Assembly (NCBI GenBank): GCA_002269645.1
Contig: NIVC01001403.1
Location: forward strand, 232,181 to 296,180
Reading direction: 5' to 3'
Origin: Macrostomum lignano
Taxonomy: Eukaryota
Length of the DNA: 64,000 nt
The first letter of the stretch is position 1, and each line of letters starts with the position of its first letter. Both the position numbers and the translations under genes were made by a program. Below, piece after piece: positions 60,101-64,000 of this stretch. A model generated the notes under the pieces. That model ran no database searches. It was not told the DNA's origin and saw nothing but the letters and a program-made list of their open reading frames with translations.

Positions 60101-62112
60101 CAGCTGGGCGAGTCCGTTCCCGATGTAGGGCAGCGCCGATGTGCCGCCGTCCGTGGCCAGATAGCCGAGCAGGTCGCGGCAGAATCCGCTACTCCATGCT
60201 CCGTCCAGGTGGCCAAGCTCCAGCAGGCTGACGAAAGCCTCCGGACTGTCCTCGCCGATGGCGGCAACCAGGAGGCGCAGTGGCAGCGGGTACTGCCGTC
60301 TCTCGCGGCCTCCCGTTTGCCAGTAGCGCTGCCCGGACTCGTAGCTGGCAGCTTTGTCAGTGTCATCACGACCGTCGTCGTCAGCTTGACGGAACAGGCG
60401 GCCGCTGTCGTGCTCGTCGCTGGCGGCGCACAACGGCCCGAGGAGGCGGCGCGCCCGAGCCCGGCTGGCGTCGTCCGGTCGCGGTCGAGGCGAGCCAAGG
60501 ACGGGGTCCAACAGCAGCAGCGTTTGGCGCCAGATGCTCGGCTGGGCTCCAGAGCAGCGCTGGCGAAGTCCAACCAGTTGACGTCGACGGCGAGGATGTC
60601 GACGGCGGATTCGCCTCGGTTAGTGCGCTCGCCAGTCAGGCGAGGCCGGTGAGCAGCCAGGCGAGGCGGCCGAACTCGCAAGCGAAGTGGAGGCACGAGT
60701 AGCCAGCGTGCGGTCCAGTGGTCACCCGCTCTGCGCAGAACTCCGCCCAGCGCTGCGGGCCCAAGCAGCGCAGTAGAAGACTCGCCGCCGCGCGCGAGCT
60801 CGTTGAATCGTCGTGATGAGCGTAGAACACGTGCGCCAGGTTAAAGCCGTCGCGATTGCGGCAGCCCCGTGGCGTGGAGGTCGCCGCCGCTGCCGAATCG
60901 GGTGCCGTCGACGAGTCGCGCAGCAGATGCAGCAGCAGAGTCCAGTGCCCCGTGGCGACGCACTTCATCAACGGAGTGTATCCGCCGCTGTTCACCTGGT
61001 CCAGACTGAGACTTGGGTCAATGCGGAGCATGTCGTGCATCAGTTGGACGATGTCTGTCGCACTGGCTTGATGGTTGTGGGGCAAGCTTGGCTGCTGAGA
61101 ACCGTTAGGAATGGAGGCGAACCTGCAAGCAAATCGGTTTTTATTTGATGAAATATGCATCGAACGACTCTCAACAATGATGTAGCTCGTACTACCCACG
61201 GACGGCTGCTAGTAAGAGGTCGTAGTTAGTGAGAGTTAGTGAAAATACCTTCGCTGTCAGAGTCATAGACTTCGAGAAATATGTTGGAAATATTTGGGTT
61301 GCATGATTTATGGTTTATTTGATTCGTAGGGGATGATTTTGAAGTACTGCCGCAAATCAGGCGGGCACACAGCCCTCACACAGGCTGTACAGCGGTTGTG
61401 TGAAATGCACAGCAACCCTAATCATGTCAAGTCTCGTGCATGATCATTAAATGAATTTGAACGAAAGTCATTGCATCCGGCTCGCTCACCCCTCCGACGG
61501 GCGTCTCCCGTGACTATTCAGGCACGCATCCGCAGGCGAAAGCACACCGGCGCTTCTCGCAGCCAGTGCGTGCAGCGCCGAATTGCCGGCAGCGTCGAGG
61601 CGGCCGGGCCGGGCGGAGCCAAGGTCCAGCAGTAGGCGCGCCGATTTCAGATGCTTTTGCTGGCAGGCCGCGTGCAGAGCGGTGCAGCCGGAGCGGTTGG
61701 CCCGGTCGGGGTTCACGACGGACCTGGTTTGAGTATAATTGAGGTTTCACGCATTAGACTCTAAGATTCGGTTTCAATAACAAATTGAAATATCTTATTT
61801 ACTCTAGCTCGATTTGCTTTCGCACCTGTCCAGCCGCAGCAGCAGCTCCAGAACTTCCGTGTGTCCGCAAGCCGCCGCCTCGGTCAGCGCCGTGTCGCCG
61901 TCATTGTCAGGCAGCTCGGCTGGGCAGCCGGCGGCCAGCAGGCAGGCCAGCAGCTCCGGCCGGCCCCAGTGGGCGGCCACCTGGGCGAGGCCGCAGCCAC
62001 CGGAGATGCGAGCGTCCGGACAGGCGGCCGGCTCGGCCAGAAGGCGGCGCAGCAGCCGTAGGTTGCCGTCGGCGATGGCCTCCTCGGCCTGACGCGACCA
62101 GCTGGTTGACAT
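57163..62112 (-). CDS. Ankyrin-repeat TRP channel with TRPM-like membrane domain; exons 62112-61826, 61723-61490, 61122-59846, 59765-59647, 59375-59022, 58196-about 57163; four apparent 1-bp deletions (pseudogene or assembly error)
   Basis: Ankyrin motifs (GDTALTEAA, GCTALHAAC, GYTPLMKC, GYSCLHFAC, PLDLAV); pre-S1 TILQLLLAAG...RRW; S1 FSPSSRFILH; TGPTVSILK...DLLPFL; RPMLVAFGEF; NLLIAKF; TRP-box region IWNKHR...EY..LPTLPSPF. All five introns are phase-consistent. The C-terminal end is uncertain. Confidence 0.78.
58581..58850 (+). mobile_element. tRNA-derived SINE, family B, with CORE-like body (in the TRP intron)
   Basis: A-box TAGCCTAGTGG, B-box GGTTCGAGTCT, then TGTGTCCTTTAGCAAGACACTT...CCCAGC...AAATGGG, resembling CORE-type SINE bodies. 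The 3' end is approximate. Confidence 0.65.
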
Positions 62113-63734
62113 TGCTTAGGGAGACAGAAATTCCCCCTCTCTGTTCAGCAGTTGCGTTGCATGCAGCTGCAGACGCTTCTCGTCGCAGCAAAGTAAGATC
62201 GCTTTTCTTTTAATAGCCAACTAGAGAAGCAAGAAAGAAAGGGCCGAGTGAGAGGACCGAGCTGTCATTGCCGTACTTTCACGTGCAAGTACGTAAGTGT
62301 GCGAATTACTTATGGTTTGTGCATCGAAGTAATTGTGCACCTCGGCTCTAGAGTTGTAGCGTTTTCATATGCATACAGATCGAGTGGCTGTTCATCGCTA
62401 TGCTTAGTTCTTTCTCTTTTACCAGTTTCTCTTACTAAATGAGATGCAATTTAGCAAAGCACCCCGTTGTTAACTTTTCTTCCCGCGAGCGCATCACAAA
62501 ACTTTTTCTGGCCATATACTAAAAATGTGATGTCTATATATATTTAATGCTAAGTGTTGCTCTTCAAACTTTTAAACTGTGTTTCCAGCAGCTCAGACTG
62601 AATCTATATAGACACGGTAAACCTGCATGGAATTACATGCAAAGATTTTATTTTTAGAGATAGCTAGGAATATATACCGCATATATGTATATTTTTTAAA
62701 GTACATGTAATTTTGAAAGAATTCAAAAAGTACTGCCTGTCATGCAGTAACACTACTGTTTATTATATTAGTTAAACGAATTAATAATAATATAAACCTA
62801 CGAATGTACATGTACATGCACAAGCACATACATCTCGGGATCATGTCACGATTGAAACGAGGCAGATTCTCACCATGTAAAAATTCTGATCAAGCAGCAA
62901 CCTTTTAGCTAAGCTCTGTCTCTGTCTTAGCTATAGTTCACGAGAGCAATCTTCCGCTGCGACTAGAGCGCCTTGTACATTAATGTTATAACCATTTGCC
63001 GCACAGTAGCTGGATAATCAGACAGAAAAAGAACTTTTTGGTTCTACCCCTACAGGGTACGTATAAATTTTTAATTTTTATGACTGCTTGCAAAAAATGT
63101 AACCAATAACCCATTTTTATATTGCGGCGGTTTCAGAAAAAAGCAGATATTTTAGATGTACGCGACAGGATTGGCCTAATTCAATTTACACCGTTTCTTA
63201 GAATACACGCTACGCTGATGTTTTATCATTTCCGCGCAGTCTACAGAGGCTACAGTGAGACTCGGCCGGCCTCGCTAACTATTTACCACCATTTCTTCCA
63301 GAACGGGTTTATTTGCACCTCAAATTTGAAACACACCCTGAAAAAACTAACAAACACCCTGGAGGGTGGATAGTCTTGCGGGAAAGGGCTGGTCCTGCAC
63401 TCACTGACTCACGCCTACATTGTATAATAGTACTACATCGTACATGTTGAACACGTACGTGCAAGCCAGAAAGCTAGCCACGTTTTTATTTTTTAGCTTT
63501 GTTCTAGCCTTGTTTACTTACACCCATTTCGGTTAGGCTAGCATCGCTAGGCCTACCTTAGCTCCCGAGTCTGAGTCCTAGATCTTTTTTTGCTGAATAA
63601 TAAAATTGATATATTTTCCTTTAATTTATTTAGTTAATAAGCCTAGCTCAAAGAATTTTGATGTCATAGCTATGATATATTTCGAACTATCCTGGGGTTG
63701 GCCAGATCTGCCAGTTGGTGAAAGACAGTGGAGT

Positions 63735-64000
63735 AGGCCTAGCCAGGAATTTCAATTGGGGGTGGGGGGCAGGTTCCAAGCACTCATTTTAGCACCACAT
63801 GCATTCATGTTGGCGCTGCATGCACTCATTTTAGCACCCACAGGCATTCATTTTGGCGCTGCAGGCACTCATTTTAGCACTACAGGCATTCATTTTGGCG
63901 CTGTAGGCACTCATTTTAGTGCCCTAGGCACTCATTGCCTCATGCCGCGCATGGTTTTTGGGGAATTGGCAATTGGGGAGGGGAGCTGTGGCCCTCCAGC
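63735..64000. repeat. Degenerate 21-bp tandem repeat (GCACTCATTTTAGCAC.../GCATTCATTTTGGCGCTG...) at 63780-63936 inside a probable MITE running off the window
   Basis: Repeat visible; preceded by AGGCCTAGCCAGGAATTT...GGGGG, a typical MITE end. Confidence 0.55.

Overview
Eukaryotic (metazoan) genomic DNA with compact, intron-poor, GC-rich and polyQ-rich genes in an AT-rich, minisatellite- and TE-rich background. The style suggests a free-living flatworm such as Macrostomum (inference, not established). Genes I could splice by hand with phase-consistent GT-AG sites: two tandem divergent CK1-like kinases (-), a 4-exon Slo/BK-type K+ channel (-), a 4-exon single-pass membrane mucin that the ORF track only partly shows (-), Pumilio (+), three tandem intronless Rac-like GTPases (-), a TTLL-family ligase (+), and an ankyrin-repeat channel with a TRPM-like membrane domain and four apparent 1-bp deletions (-). 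Mobile DNA: an intact-looking piggyBac, a young Ty3/Gypsy LTR element with one nonsense codon, a deleted hAT element with nested mariner and MITE, two tRNA-SINE families, several MITEs and a possible Crypton fragment. Most notable: (1) a roughly 300-bp MITE family with 14-bp TIRs and 8-bp TSDs carrying a fragment of 28S rRNA helices 69-71, altered at the R2/Pokey/I-PpoI target; (2) in-frame splice acceptors that could fuse the mucin ectodomain to the piggyBac transposase; (3) a BK paralog with His at the main S4 gating Arg; (4) a recombinant Rac trio in which two copies lack the switch-I Thr; (5) an intron flanked by an AGGTA duplication that is absent from the neighbouring paralog. Reference motifs and residue numbers are recalled; no searches were run.
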